NCBI GenBank assembly: GCA_963843145.1
Contig: CAWJJC010000017.1
Span: 96,001-160,000, forward strand
Direction of reading: 5' to 3'
Source: an uncultured delta proteobacterium
GTDB lineage: Bacteria > Desulfobacterota > RBG-13-43-22
Length of the DNA stretch: 64,000 bases
Shown: piece by piece, positions 1-9,697 of the stretch
Numbering within the stretch: the first letter of the stretch is position 1
How the letters are laid out: every line of letters begins with the position of its first letter
Made by a program: the position numbers and the translations under genes
Notes under the pieces: generated by a model
Databases searched by the model: none
The model's input: only the letters and a program-made list of their open reading frames with translations
What the model was told of the DNA's origin: nothing

Positions 1-346
1 CCAGGACATCGCCCACCGTGGCCCAGCGACCCGGGACAAACCATTGGTGAAATTCATCTCCGACGCCATAAAGCAGACAAAAAAAGGTGACCACCGTCAC
101 CGAAGATAGACCCCGAAAATCAAAGGCATAGGCCCTGATCACCCGACCGGCCAGGATCCCCAGGACGGTGTACTCCAAAAAGTGATATTGCTTATCCGAG
201 GGAAAAAACTCCGGGGGCTGGAAAATAAAGCGCGTTTGGGAGGACAAATAGAAGATTACCAGGCAGTAAAGGAATAAAGGAAGAACCGTGGACCACCAGC
301 GGGGTTTCGGAAGGGTTAAGGGGTTTAAAGGTCCGGCGAAGCGCAT
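1..346 (-). CDS. VanZ family membrane protein (3' end runs off the window)
   Basis: Manual translation from ATG at 346 gives ...LFLYCLVIFYLSS...DKQYHFLEY...LYGVGDEFHQWFVPGRWATVGDVL, containing the VanZ DK.H and DE.HQ.FVPGR motifs. Confidence 0.85.
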   Translation of the reverse strand, partial: MRFAGPLNPLTLPKPRWWSTVLPLFLYCLVIFYLSSQTRFIFQPPEFFPSDKQYHFLEYTVLGILAGRVIRAYAFDFRGLSSVTVVTFFCLLYGVGDEFHQWFVPGRWATVGDVL

Positions 347-355
347 TCACTGAGG

Positions 356-853
356 CTACATTTTATATTTTCCGAAGTCATCCGGATCCAAACCCTCCAG
401 GACTTCGGTCCATTTTTTCCCATCATCGGAGTGGATTTCCTCTTTCGCCCCCAGATCAACGGCCTTGGATTTTTGAATGACTTCTTCATCGACAAATATA
501 GGGGCTTGCATACGGAGGGCCAGGGCTATGGCATCACTGGGCCGGGCATCCATGGTGAGCTCTTTGTCCTGGGCTACCAGGTAAAGCAAGGCGTAAAAGG
601 TATTTTCTCGCAAATCGCAAATTTCGATACGGGCCACCCGGATGTTCAATTGGTCTAAAAGATTTTTCATCAAATCGTGAGTCATGGGCCGGGAGAATTT
701 TACATTTTCCATCTCGCTGGCAATCGCCGTAGCCTCCAGCAAACCGATCCAGATCGGCAGGGTTTTGTCCCCTTCCAAGTCTTTGAGTATGATGATGGGA
801 CTATTGGTCATGGGATCGATCGTCAAACCGTACACTTTCATGCGAAGTAACAT
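356..853 (-). CDS. Bifunctional nuclease family protein (DUF151/BFN)
   Basis: 165 aa with LPIWIG..EA, RPMTHDL and DARPSDAIALA motifs. Confidence 0.92.
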   Translation of the reverse strand: MLLRMKVYGLTIDPMTNSPIIILKDLEGDKTLPIWIGLLEATAIASEMENVKFSRPMTHDLMKNLLDQLNIRVARIEICDLRENTFYALLYLVAQDKELTMDARPSDAIALALRMQAPIFVDEEVIQKSKAVDLGAKEEIHSDDGKKWTEVLEGLDPDDFGKYKM

Positions 854-872
854 GGGGCCTCCCCGTAATTCC

Positions 873-2198
873 TTATTGAAGCGGAGGGATCATCGTCCCT
901 TTGAAAGAGTGCGCGTACACCTTATCGATTTTGACCGACAGGGTGGTCCCTATTTTTATTCCAGATAACACCACGTTAACAATTTTATTGGTTCGGGTCC
1001 TCCCCATCCACTGTCCGTCGGACTTCTTACTCGGCCCTTCCATCAGCAGGGTTTGGATCGAGCCCACCAGGGCTTGGTTCCGGTCCAGGGTGATCTTTTT
1101 TTGAATTCCCTGCAATTCCGATAATCTTCGGCTTTTTTCGGCTTCCGGAATTTTGTCCGGAAAATGGCTGGCCCGGGCCGGCGGACGATCCGAATATTTA
1201 AAGGAAAACAAGTCGTCAAACTGTACGGACTGGATTAACTCCAGGGTTTGCTCAAAGTCGGCGGAAGTCTCCCCGGGAAAACCGACCAGGGCATCGGCCG
1301 TAATGGCGATCTCCGGGCACTGGTCCCGGAGAGACGCGATCCGTTCCAGGTAAAGATCCCGGGTGTAACGCCGGTTCATCCTTTTCAGCACCTGGTCGGA
1401 TCCGGACTGAAAGGGAAGATGAATGTGTTCACACAATTTGGATAGACGTCCGAAACAGCGAGTCAAGGCCGGAGATAAGTCCTTGGGATGAGACGTAGTG
1501 AAACGAATACGTTCCAAGCCCTGCACCTCTTCCATCTGTTCTAAAAGCTTTACGAAACCCAGACCTTCTTCCTCGGGCCGGTCGAAGGAGTTTACATTTT
1601 GTCCCAAAAGCAGGACCTCTTTCACTCCCTGCGCTGCCAGGGTGTGTACCTCATGCAGAATCTCCCGGCTGGGTCGACTGACCTCCGGTCCCCGGACATA
1701 GGGGACTACGCAATAAGCGCAATAATTGTTGCACCCCTGCATGATAGTAACCGAAGCCTTGGCCGGTGAGGATCGAAACGTCGAAGAGGACGGCCGGTAA
1801 GCAACCGCCGGATCCATTTCGGTTTGGGAAAGGCGGCAACCTTCTTTTTCCACGGCCTGAACCAACCCGGGCAGCCGGCTGATCCAGCGGGTGCCAAAAA
1901 CCAGATCCAGGTGGGGGATCCTTTCCAGAAGTCTCTCTCCTTCCTGTTGGGCCACACAGCCCCCCATACCGATAATCAGGTCCGGCCGCCTGGTTTTCAG
2001 GCTTTTCAGTCGCCCCAACAGGCTATAGGCTTTTTCCTCGGCTTTTTGCCGAATACTGCAGGTATTGATCAGAATCAAATCGGCATCTTCCGGAAGTTCG
2101 GTGCGCTGGTAATCATGTTCCGCCAAAATTTGGGCCATGAGTTCCGAATCCCGGTCATTCATCTGGCAGCCGAAAGTGGATATGTGAACTTGCTTCAT
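873..2198 (-). CDS. miaB: tRNA-i6A37 methylthiotransferase MiaB
   Basis: TFGCQMN..DSE, NTCSIR, radical-SAM CxxxCxxC (CNNYCAYC), C-terminal TRAM domain. Confidence 0.95.
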   Translation of the reverse strand: MKQVHISTFGCQMNDRDSELMAQILAEHDYQRTELPEDADLILINTCSIRQKAEEKAYSLLGRLKSLKTRRPDLIIGMGGCVAQQEGERLLERIPHLDLVFGTRWISRLPGLVQAVEKEGCRLSQTEMDPAVAYRPSSSTFRSSPAKASVTIMQGCNNYCAYCVVPYVRGPEVSRPSREILHEVHTLAAQGVKEVLLLGQNVNSFDRPEEEGLGFVKLLEQMEEVQGLERIRFTTSHPKDLSPALTRCFGRLSKLCEHIHLPFQSGSDQVLKRMNRRYTRDLYLERIASLRDQCPEIAITADALVGFPGETSADFEQTLELIQSVQFDDLFSFKYSDRPPARASHFPDKIPEAEKSRRLSELQGIQKKITLDRNQALVGSIQTLLMEGPSKKSDGQWMGRTRTNKIVNVVLSGIKIGTTLSVKIDKVYAHSFKGTMIPPLQ

Positions 2199-2205
2199 GA
2201 TTTTT

Positions 2206-2235
2206 ATTCTACCCCGATTGGGGGGAAGAATTCAA
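2206..2235 (-). promoter_or_regulatory. Sigma-70 promoter for miaB (apparently leaderless)
   Basis: TTGAAT-N18-TAGAAT ending 7 nt before the ATG; no Shine-Dalgarno. Confidence 0.55.
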
Positions 2236-2363
2236 GGGACAAAAAAAAGAGTAAAAAAACCTTGACTTGGCAACTTGAAAGGATAGAAGAATAATTGACC
2301 GAATTATTCAACGGGTAAAGTCGGAGAGAAATGCTATTCTCCTAAAGAATAAGAAGAAGGCTG

Positions 2364-3047
2364 ATGATTCCACTTAAAGACGACAGTCCGATTGAGCGTT
2401 TTCCGTTTATCACCTTAGGGATTATTGCCATCAATACCTTGGTCTATGTCTATCAACTCACCTTACCCTCCCTCCATCTGGAATCTTTTATCTTTCGTTA
2501 CGGGGCCATCCCCTATAACCTGACCCACCCCCTGGCCAAGGACCTCCTCTACGTAACCGCCTTGCCGCCCGTCTTCACCATTTTTTCTTCCATGTTTTTG
2601 CATGGCGGGTTCATCCATTTGGCCAGCAATATGCTCTTCCTCTGGATTTTCGGGGATAATATCGAAAACGCTCTCGGCCATCTCCGCTTTGTCTTGTTTT
2701 ATTTAATCTCCGGTTTCTTCGCCGCCCTGTCCCATATCCTTTCGGCCCCTAATGCCACCATCCCCATGATTGGGGCCAGCGGGGCCATTGCCGGCATCCT
2801 GGGGGCTTACCTGATCTTATTCCCCCGGGCGAATGTCTCCACCCTGTTTATTTTCGTGATCATTATTCGAATTATTAAGGTGCCGGCCGTCCTGGTCCTC
2901 GGTTTCTGGTTCCTCATTCAACTTCTGAATGCCGGAACCGAAGGGGGATCGGTGGCCTGGTATGCTCATATCGGGGGGTTTATCACCGGGATTTTTCTGA
3001 TAAAAATCCTTAAACCGGCTCCCGTCCGCCACTATCGACTCCCCTGA
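2364..3047 (+). CDS. Rhomboid family intramembrane serine protease
   Basis: MFLHGG..HL..NM, GASGA (catalytic Ser), AHIGG (catalytic His). Confidence 0.93.
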   Translation: MIPLKDDSPIERFPFITLGIIAINTLVYVYQLTLPSLHLESFIFRYGAIPYNLTHPLAKDLLYVTALPPVFTIFSSMFLHGGFIHLASNMLFLWIFGDNIENALGHLRFVLFYLISGFFAALSHILSAPNATIPMIGASGAIAGILGAYLILFPRANVSTLFIFVIIIRIIKVPAVLVLGFWFLIQLLNAGTEGGSVAWYAHIGGFITGIFLIKILKPAPVRHYRLP

Positions 3048-3133
3048 TCGATCGCCTATATCTTCTTTTCCGAATCCGATCCGATCTTCACTTTTTTGAA
3101 GTTGCCGCGTCCGTGTCCTCGGCCGATTTCAAT

Positions 3134-3976
3134 TTATCCCCATTTAAGTTTGGTGCGCAGAATTTCAAAATAATTTTTTAGGGGTGATTTTATAAGCGTA
3201 ATTTGCCCTGTTGCCCTTTGGACCTGGACCAGGTCTCCGGGCATCAGAGGATAGCCGATTTGCCCGTCGATCGTCAACCAGACATCCCGGGCCTTGGCCC
3301 CGAGGCGAATGTCGATCACCGAGTTGTCTTGTAGAATAATCGGCCGGTTGGTCAAGGTAAAGGGACAGATGGGCGTAAGGATGATGGTCCGGAGAGCCGG
3401 GTGGAGGATAGGCCCACCGGCCGCCAGGTTATAGGCGGTCGAACCGGTAGGGGTGGCAACGATTAACCCGTCTCCGCGGTAGATGGTTAGAAACTGGTTA
3501 TCAATACTGGTTTCCAGATCGATAATTCGGGCCAACGCACCCTTATTGATGACCATGTCGTTGAGAAAAACGGTGGGTTCCAAAACCTGGTCTTGACGGA
3601 CGATTTGCGCCTTCAACATCATTCGGGTTTCCGTTTGAAAATCGCCCTGGAATATTTTTTCCAGGATGGTGTAGAATTCCTCCAAGGCAATTTCCGTCAA
3701 AAAACCCAGCCCCCCCAGATTGACCCCCAGGATGGGTGTTCCCTGGCCGCCGTAAAGACGGGCGGCCTTCAACAACGTTCCATCCCCCCCCAGGACTAAG
3801 ATGAGGTCTGCCGGTCCATTCGTTGGGTTCCACTCGCTGCCGGGATCTTGCTCCTCTTCCCAAAAAACAGAAAGACCCATTTCCCGGGTCAAGCGATCTT
3901 TGATGATCCGGGCCTCCCGATGGGCCATTAAATTATTCTTAACTACCAACTGAATTAATCGAGGTTTAGTCTCCAT
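3134..3976 (-). CDS. nadK: NAD(+) kinase
   Basis: GGDGT, GxLGFL, GDGLIVATPTGSTAYNLAAGG motifs. Confidence 0.95.
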   Translation of the reverse strand: METKPRLIQLVVKNNLMAHREARIIKDRLTREMGLSVFWEEEQDPGSEWNPTNGPADLILVLGGDGTLLKAARLYGGQGTPILGVNLGGLGFLTEIALEEFYTILEKIFQGDFQTETRMMLKAQIVRQDQVLEPTVFLNDMVINKGALARIIDLETSIDNQFLTIYRGDGLIVATPTGSTAYNLAAGGPILHPALRTIILTPICPFTLTNRPIILQDNSVIDIRLGAKARDVWLTIDGQIGYPLMPGDLVQVQRATGQITLIKSPLKNYFEILRTKLKWG

Positions 3977-5384
3977 TATCCAACTTTATGCCGTAGGCCT
4001 TAATTTTTTTGTGCAGGTGGCTACGTTCTATCCCCAAGGCCTCGGCGGTTTGGGTGATATTTCCCTGGTGTTCCTGCAGTTTCCGGACAATAAATTCTTT
4101 TTCAAAGCGGATCTTGGCTTCCTTGAAATCCTTTTCCTGCAAGAAGGCCGGACCGGCGGCGCCCGGGGTATCCGTCTCGAGCTTCTTGGTTAGATGGCCC
4201 GGCAGGTCATCGGCCGCGATGATCGCTCCGGGGGTCATTATGACCAACCGTTCGATCAGGTTTTTCAACTCCCGCACATTACCGGGCCATTCGTACTCCC
4301 TCAATAAATCATAAGAACGCGGATCCAGGTTTTTCTTATCCGTTCCGGTCTTAAGGGCGTATTCTTTCAGAAATTCTTCGATCAAATCGGGCAAGTCCTC
4401 TTTTCGCTCTCGCAGCGGCGGCACTTCCAAAGGGATGACATTGAGGCGGTAATAGAGGTCCTCCCGAAAATTCCCCAGGCTGATTTCCTGCTCCAGGTCT
4501 TTGTTGGTGGCGGCAATCACGCGGACATCCACGACGATTGTTTTCCCGCCGCCGACTCTTTCAAATTTTTGCTCTTGAAGGATACGAAGAATTTTGGCCT
4601 GGGTTTTCAGACTCATATCTCCGATTTCATCCAAAAACAAGGTGCCTTCGTGAGAAAGATCAAATTTACCTTTTTTTTGGTTGGTGGCGCCGGTAAAGGC
4701 CCCCCGCTCGTGACCGAACAATTCGCTTTCAATCAACTCCTCAGGAATAGCGGCGCAGTTGACCTCCACAAAGGGTTTGTTCTTCCGTTTGCTCAATCGG
4801 TGAATGGTATGGGCCACGATCTCTTTCCCGGTGCCGTTTTCTCCCCGGATGAGGATCCAGGCGCTGGTGGGGGCCACGATGTCAATCTGTTGTTTCAGCT
4901 TTTGGACGGGTTCGCTGTGACCGGTCAGTTGATGACGCGCCTCCTCTTTCTGCCGGAAGAAAAGGGTTTCCTCCTCCAGGAGGCGGTAGTCCAGGGCCTT
5001 ACGGATGGCGACCGTGATCCGCTCCAGGGAGAGCGGTTTTTCAATAAAATCATGGGCACCTAGTTTCGTGGCCTTGACCGCCGTTTCAATGGTGCCGTGA
5101 GCGGACATCATGATGACCGGCAACTGGGGATGGGTCGTCTTGATCCACTGAAGCACCTCGATTCCATCGAGTCCGGGCATTTTGATGTCCAGCAACACCA
5201 GGTCCGGATTCTCCTCCTCTGCTTTTTTAAGGGCCTCGTGCCCGTCACGAGCGCAGATCACCTCATAGCCTTCGTCCAGCAGGATCTGCTGGACCGACTT
5301 CAGGATTTCCGGTTCGTCGTCTACTACTAAAACCAGTTTGGGCAAGGAGCTCCCCGATAAAACAGAATCCCGGCTGACCGGCAA
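3966..5384 (-). CDS. Sigma-54-dependent response regulator (NtrX-like)
   Basis: Receiver domain, AAA+ domain with GENGTGKE and GAFTGA, C-terminal Fis-type HTH; adjacent to an NtrY-like kinase. Confidence 0.9.
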   Translation of the reverse strand: MPVSRDSVLSGSSLPKLVLVVDDEPEILKSVQQILLDEGYEVICARDGHEALKKAEEENPDLVLLDIKMPGLDGIEVLQWIKTTHPQLPVIMMSAHGTIETAVKATKLGAHDFIEKPLSLERITVAIRKALDYRLLEEETLFFRQKEEARHQLTGHSEPVQKLKQQIDIVAPTSAWILIRGENGTGKEIVAHTIHRLSKRKNKPFVEVNCAAIPEELIESELFGHERGAFTGATNQKKGKFDLSHEGTLFLDEIGDMSLKTQAKILRILQEQKFERVGGGKTIVVDVRVIAATNKDLEQEISLGNFREDLYYRLNVIPLEVPPLRERKEDLPDLIEEFLKEYALKTGTDKKNLDPRSYDLLREYEWPGNVRELKNLIERLVIMTPGAIIAADDLPGHLTKKLETDTPGAAGPAFLQEKDFKEAKIRFEKEFIVRKLQEHQGNITQTAEALGIERSHLHKKIKAYGIKLDNGD

Positions 5385-5435
5385 AGATCTGCAGTCTTTT
5401 TTATCACGGATATAACCGGGTGAAAAGAGATTTTC

Positions 5436-7682
5436 TTAAACCTCCAAAGGCAGTTCAATAGTAAAAATCGTCCCCTGGGGTTCGTTGTTTCTGACCCGGA
5501 TATGGCCCCGGTGATCGGAGATGATGGAACTGGCTATGGTCAACCCCAACCCGGTGCCTTCTTTCTTGGTGGAGAAATAGGGCTCAAACAGCCGGTCCTT
5601 ATCTTGTGGAGGGATGCCCTTTCCGGTATCCGACACTTCGATAAGGGCCATTTTAAGCAGGGGATCATAGCCGGTTTTTATCGCGATCTCTCCCTGGCCC
5701 TCAATGGCCGCCACGGCGTTATCGAAGAGGTTAATCATCACCCGTTTGATTTGTTCTCGATCCAACATAAAAGAAGGCACCTGGGTATCGGGGTCAAAGG
5801 AAAACCGGATGTGCTTGTGGCTTTCCTGGTAAAGAACCAGGACTTCCGGAATCAGGGTGTTCAGGTCATTTTGGCTTAAGGTAACCGCCGGCAGTCGGGC
5901 AAAGACAAAAAATTCATTGACCAGTCGGGTCAGTTCGTCCACCTGGTTGATAATGGTCTGGGTGCAATCATCAAAAATATCACGGCCACTCGGCAATTGG
6001 TCCAAATATTTTTTCCGCAACCGTTGGGCCGACAGCTTGATAGGCGTCAAGGGGTTTTTGATCTCGTGGGCCAGTCGCCGGGCCACTTCTCGCCAAGCCG
6101 AAACCTTTTGGATCTTTTCGATCTCGGTGAGATCATCGAAGACGATAACCAGCCCCAGGTATTTCCCCTCTTCGTCCCGTAACATGGTTATTTTTACCAG
6201 CAGGGTTAAGGTCCGATCCCGCAAAGGGACTTGTAGTGATCGCTCCAGCGTTCCTTTCTTGAGCCCGTCCAGATTGGCGACTACGTCCTGCACCAGGGCG
6301 AAATGTTCCGGCCGGAGCACCTCTCGATAAGGCCGTCCCAGGACTTTTTCGGTTTTGATATTGAGCATTTCCTTGGCGGAGGTATTGATGATGCTGATCC
6401 GGCCCACAACGTCCACCGAAATGACTCCGGCCCCGATATTGGCCAAAATGGTTTCCATGTACCTCCGCCGCTGGTTGATTTCCTCATAGCTTTTTCGGAG
6501 TTCCTCATTGATTCTTTCCAGTTCGGTCTGACCCTCCTTCAGGTCGGCCGTCATTTGATTAAAAGATCGGACTAACAGCCCGAATTCATCCTTGGCGTCC
6601 AGGTCGATAGTAAAATTATAGTCCCCCTGAGCGACTCGGAAGGTGCCCTCGGCCAGCCGTTGAATGGGAATAGTAATCCCCTTGGCCAAATAAAAACCAA
6701 ACCAGGTGGCCGAAAAAATAATCAGCAGGGTGACAATCGAGAGAATGATTAAATAGGTAAATTTGATGGGATTCTTCAATAACTGCATCTGGCGGTAGCC
6801 TTCCAGACCGCTCGAGATGGCGTCCATTTTTCGCATCAGGGTTTTGGGAAAATAGGATACCGCCACCAGGGTGGCTGCCGCTGCTTTGGTTTGCGATTTG
6901 TCCCAAACCGGGACTCCGGCAATAAAGAAGTCCCCTTCCGATGTTGATTGGATGTCGGTAATTCCGGAGGGCTGGAAACCCTTTTGGATAAAGGAGAGGG
7001 ACGGGGCGTTGAAAAATTCAAGAAAGGCTTCCGGTCGGGCAACCTGGAAACGTCGCTCCATGTTCGGCAGGTAAAGGGCCACCCAGGACAACCCATATTC
7101 CTGGAGCTTGTCCTGCAGTAATTTCTGAACCTCCAGGGAGTTGGCGGGGCTTAAGGCGCCCGGCTGCGCCAAGTCCTGGGAAATCTGTTGAGCATAAGTC
7201 CGGGTTCCCCTCTGGGAGGATTGGTAATAGGCCTTGCCCACGTCCAAAGAATCTTCGAGAGACCTTTCCAGATGAATAGTGAACCAGTAATCCATTCCGG
7301 TGGTCATAAATTCGTAGGCGATAACAAAAAGCACTATGGTGGGAATCAGGGAAAGGGTGACAAAACCCAAGACCAGTTTGGTACGTATTTTGGAACCCAG
7401 TATTTTACGCTTTCGTTCCAGGAACAGTTTGGAAAGATTCCGGACGACTAAGAAGATCAACAACAGCAGGAGGATGATATTAATATTGATGAGGGCGAAG
7501 AGAATCACCCGCTGGGTCGTGGAAAAGGGAATTTCGGTGCGGAGGATCTTGGTTTCCCAGAAAGTTATGGCAATGACCACCACCGAGGTAATGACGATGA
7601 TGATCCGTTCTCTTTTTCGGCGGCGGTGTTCCTTTTCCTCCTCCGGGAAAACCGTTTTCAATCCTTTGGGGTGCTGAGCCAT
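5436..7682 (-). CDS. Sensor histidine kinase (NtrY-like; HAMP-PAS-HisKA-HATPase)
   Basis: N-terminal TM helices, AWREVARRLAHEIKNPLTPI H-box, GTGLGL G-box. Confidence 0.9.
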   Translation of the reverse strand: MAQHPKGLKTVFPEEEKEHRRRKRERIIIVITSVVVIAITFWETKILRTEIPFSTTQRVILFALININIILLLLLIFLVVRNLSKLFLERKRKILGSKIRTKLVLGFVTLSLIPTIVLFVIAYEFMTTGMDYWFTIHLERSLEDSLDVGKAYYQSSQRGTRTYAQQISQDLAQPGALSPANSLEVQKLLQDKLQEYGLSWVALYLPNMERRFQVARPEAFLEFFNAPSLSFIQKGFQPSGITDIQSTSEGDFFIAGVPVWDKSQTKAAAATLVAVSYFPKTLMRKMDAISSGLEGYRQMQLLKNPIKFTYLIILSIVTLLIIFSATWFGFYLAKGITIPIQRLAEGTFRVAQGDYNFTIDLDAKDEFGLLVRSFNQMTADLKEGQTELERINEELRKSYEEINQRRRYMETILANIGAGVISVDVVGRISIINTSAKEMLNIKTEKVLGRPYREVLRPEHFALVQDVVANLDGLKKGTLERSLQVPLRDRTLTLLVKITMLRDEEGKYLGLVIVFDDLTEIEKIQKVSAWREVARRLAHEIKNPLTPIKLSAQRLRKKYLDQLPSGRDIFDDCTQTIINQVDELTRLVNEFFVFARLPAVTLSQNDLNTLIPEVLVLYQESHKHIRFSFDPDTQVPSFMLDREQIKRVMINLFDNAVAAIEGQGEIAIKTGYDPLLKMALIEVSDTGKGIPPQDKDRLFEPYFSTKKEGTGLGLTIASSIISDHRGHIRVRNNEPQGTIFTIELPLEV

Positions 7683-7718
7683 AGGCGGGCAGCAATAATA
7701 AAAGCCGGGGGCAATTGC

Positions 7719-7869
7719 TTAGTCCCTCGATTCATAAATCCGATAACGTATCTATTCACTCGGGACTAAGTGTTTCCCTCGGCCATGAGCTCGGGCCGAA
7801 TGGAGTGAGCAATTGCGCTGGTTAGACTCATAAAACATAGGTTATCCTATTTGCGAATCGAAACACTTA
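7719..7869. mobile_element. MITE-like element with 21-bp subterminal inverted repeats and TTA at both ends
   Basis: TCGATTCATAAATCCGATAAC (7727-7747) versus the reverse complement of 7841-7861, TCGATTCGCAAATAGGATAAC (17/21 identical); TTA at 7719-7721 and 7867-7869. Confidence 0.6.
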
Positions 7870-8454
7870 GTAGTTGAATTCCACCACATACCAATCGGTT
7901 TCAAAATCCCACAAGGAGACAAAAAAGAGGATGTAGTGCAGATAAAGAGGCAGGGTGACCTTATTCAATTCCGCTTTTATCCGCAGTTGGTATTTATTGT
8001 TTCTTTCCAACTGCTTCAGGGGAATCAGTTGGATATTACTGACATCGGCCATTATCTCCTGGGCCTTGGAGAATTCCTTGACAATAAAGGTCTGGTTTCC
8101 CCGTTCACTCAGCGTGAGGTTAAATTCCTCCCTCAGGGAATCGTATTTGATGGTGTGATGAAGTTTAACGGCGGATAATTTCTTGTTGGGCCAAAAATTA
8201 CGCGGTTGGTAGATCTCTATAAAAAAGGTAAAGGTGGTGGGAATGCCGCTCATGATTGCCTTGTTCATTTCCGGCGTAAAACACCCCTTCGTATTAAAGT
8301 AGACCAGCAACTCATCTCGGTTATTGGTTACAATAATATCGGCAATCTGGGCCTGTTTACCCCAGAGCATCGAGGTCAGGGAGAAAACCAGGACCAGACT
8401 GATCACCCCTAAGAAACAGGAATATTTTGATATTTTTAAAAAAATCCCACTCAT
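7867..8454 (-). CDS. DUF4390 domain protein (exported)
   Basis: Signal-like N-terminus and WDFETDW C-terminus; DUF4390 genes typically lie upstream of ntrY-like genes. Confidence 0.8.
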   Translation of the reverse strand: MSGIFLKISKYSCFLGVISLVLVFSLTSMLWGKQAQIADIIVTNNRDELLVYFNTKGCFTPEMNKAIMSGIPTTFTFFIEIYQPRNFWPNKKLSAVKLHHTIKYDSLREEFNLTLSERGNQTFIVKEFSKAQEIMADVSNIQLIPLKQLERNNKYQLRIKAELNKVTLPLYLHYILFFVSLWDFETDWYVVEFNY

Positions 8455-8576
8455 AGCCGCATCTTATCAGAATATCGAAAAAAAGCAAGAAGACAGCGGG
8501 AATTTTATTGACTGAATTTAAATTTTAGCGGGGGATAAGGAAATAAAGGAAATAGGGGAGTAGGCTAAGGGATCGG

Positions 8577-9464
8577 TTACCACTGCTTAGGCGGGTTCGT
8601 TCCGTTGACAGGGGTGACAATTTGGTAATTTGCGGGGTCGGAAAGCAGCGTCTGGACCAGATTTCGATGAAGAGTATGCCCGGATTTATGGGCGACGACA
8701 TGGCCCCTGATCGGCATACCGATCAGAGATAAATCACCGATCAGGTCCAAGATCTTATGACGAACAAATTCATCTCGGAACCGCAGCCCTTTCTCGTTCA
8801 GGACTCCGGAACGATCGATCACGATGGCATTTTCCAAAGAACCGCCCTGAGCAAAACCACTCCTTTTGAGGCTTTCCACTTCTTCCAGAAACCCAAAAGT
8901 GCGGGCCCAACCGATCTCCTGAACAAACGATTTATCCTCGACCGCGACCGTAAGCGATTGGTTCTGCAGGAGAGGGTGATCGTAGTCGATGGTACATGAT
9001 ATCCTGAATTCATCCGCCGGGAGCAAAGTGACTTTACTCCCGTTTTCCCGGACCTCTATCGGTCGTTTAACTACCAGATATTTTTTTGTTTCCTCTTGTT
9101 TTTTCAGGCCGGCTTCATGAAGCAAACGGATGAAAGGACCGGAACTCCCGTCCATAATCGGCACCTCCGATGAATCCAGTTCAATGGAGGCATTGTCGAT
9201 GCCTAATCCGGATAAGGCCGCTAACAGGTGTTCCACGGTGGAAATTCGATACCCGTTGTAACCGATGGAAGTAGCCAATTGGGTGGCCACCACCTGGGTA
9301 TTTTTGGCTTCAATAACCGGGGAATTGGGAAGATCCACCCGGACAAAGCGGATGCCTGAATCCGGTTCAGCCGGCTTTAAGGTGAGGTTGACATTCTTCC
9401 CGTTATGAAGACCTATTCCGGCGCACCCGGCTTCTCGATTAATCGTACGTTGATGGATTACCAT
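8577..9464 (-). CDS. lpxC: UDP-3-O-acyl-N-acetylglucosamine deacetylase
   Basis: GIGLH.G, TVEHLLAAL, DGS, ARTFGF and HKILDLIGD zinc-binding motifs. Confidence 0.96.
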   Translation of the reverse strand: MVIHQRTINREAGCAGIGLHNGKNVNLTLKPAEPDSGIRFVRVDLPNSPVIEAKNTQVVATQLATSIGYNGYRISTVEHLLAALSGLGIDNASIELDSSEVPIMDGSSGPFIRLLHEAGLKKQEETKKYLVVKRPIEVRENGSKVTLLPADEFRISCTIDYDHPLLQNQSLTVAVEDKSFVQEIGWARTFGFLEEVESLKRSGFAQGGSLENAIVIDRSGVLNEKGLRFRDEFVRHKILDLIGDLSLIGMPIRGHVVAHKSGHTLHRNLVQTLLSDPANYQIVTPVNGTNPPKQW

Positions 9465-9479
9465 GACGGAAGATACATA

Positions 9480-9495
9480 TGCAATCGAGGTGCCA
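9480..9495 (-). promoter_or_regulatory. Sigma-54 (-24/-12) promoter of lpxC
   Basis: Minus strand reads TGGCACCTCGATTGCA, an exact match to TGGCAC-N5-TTGCA. Confidence 0.85.
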
Positions 9496-9589
9496 ATAAA
9501 TCCATTTGGGCCTCATCTAAATAACTTAATGATTTAACTAAATTTTATCATCAAGAGCCTGGATGCCTGCGGTAGAACTTTCTGTGGAC

Positions 9590-9607
9590 TGTGTTAAATA
9601 AAACACA
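9590..9607. promoter_or_regulatory. Candidate enhancer (UAS) palindrome for a sigma-54 activator
   Basis: TGTGTT-N6-AACACA about 95 bp upstream of the -24 box, with an IHF-like site (minus strand AATCATTAAGTTA, 9522-9534) in between. Confidence 0.55.
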
Positions 9608-9697
9608 CCTTAATGGATAATAAACGAAAAGACAAGGAGAATGTTGGGCGCATTTACCGTTTGACTATTGGCCCTGACTTGGATAAAAGAAACCCTT

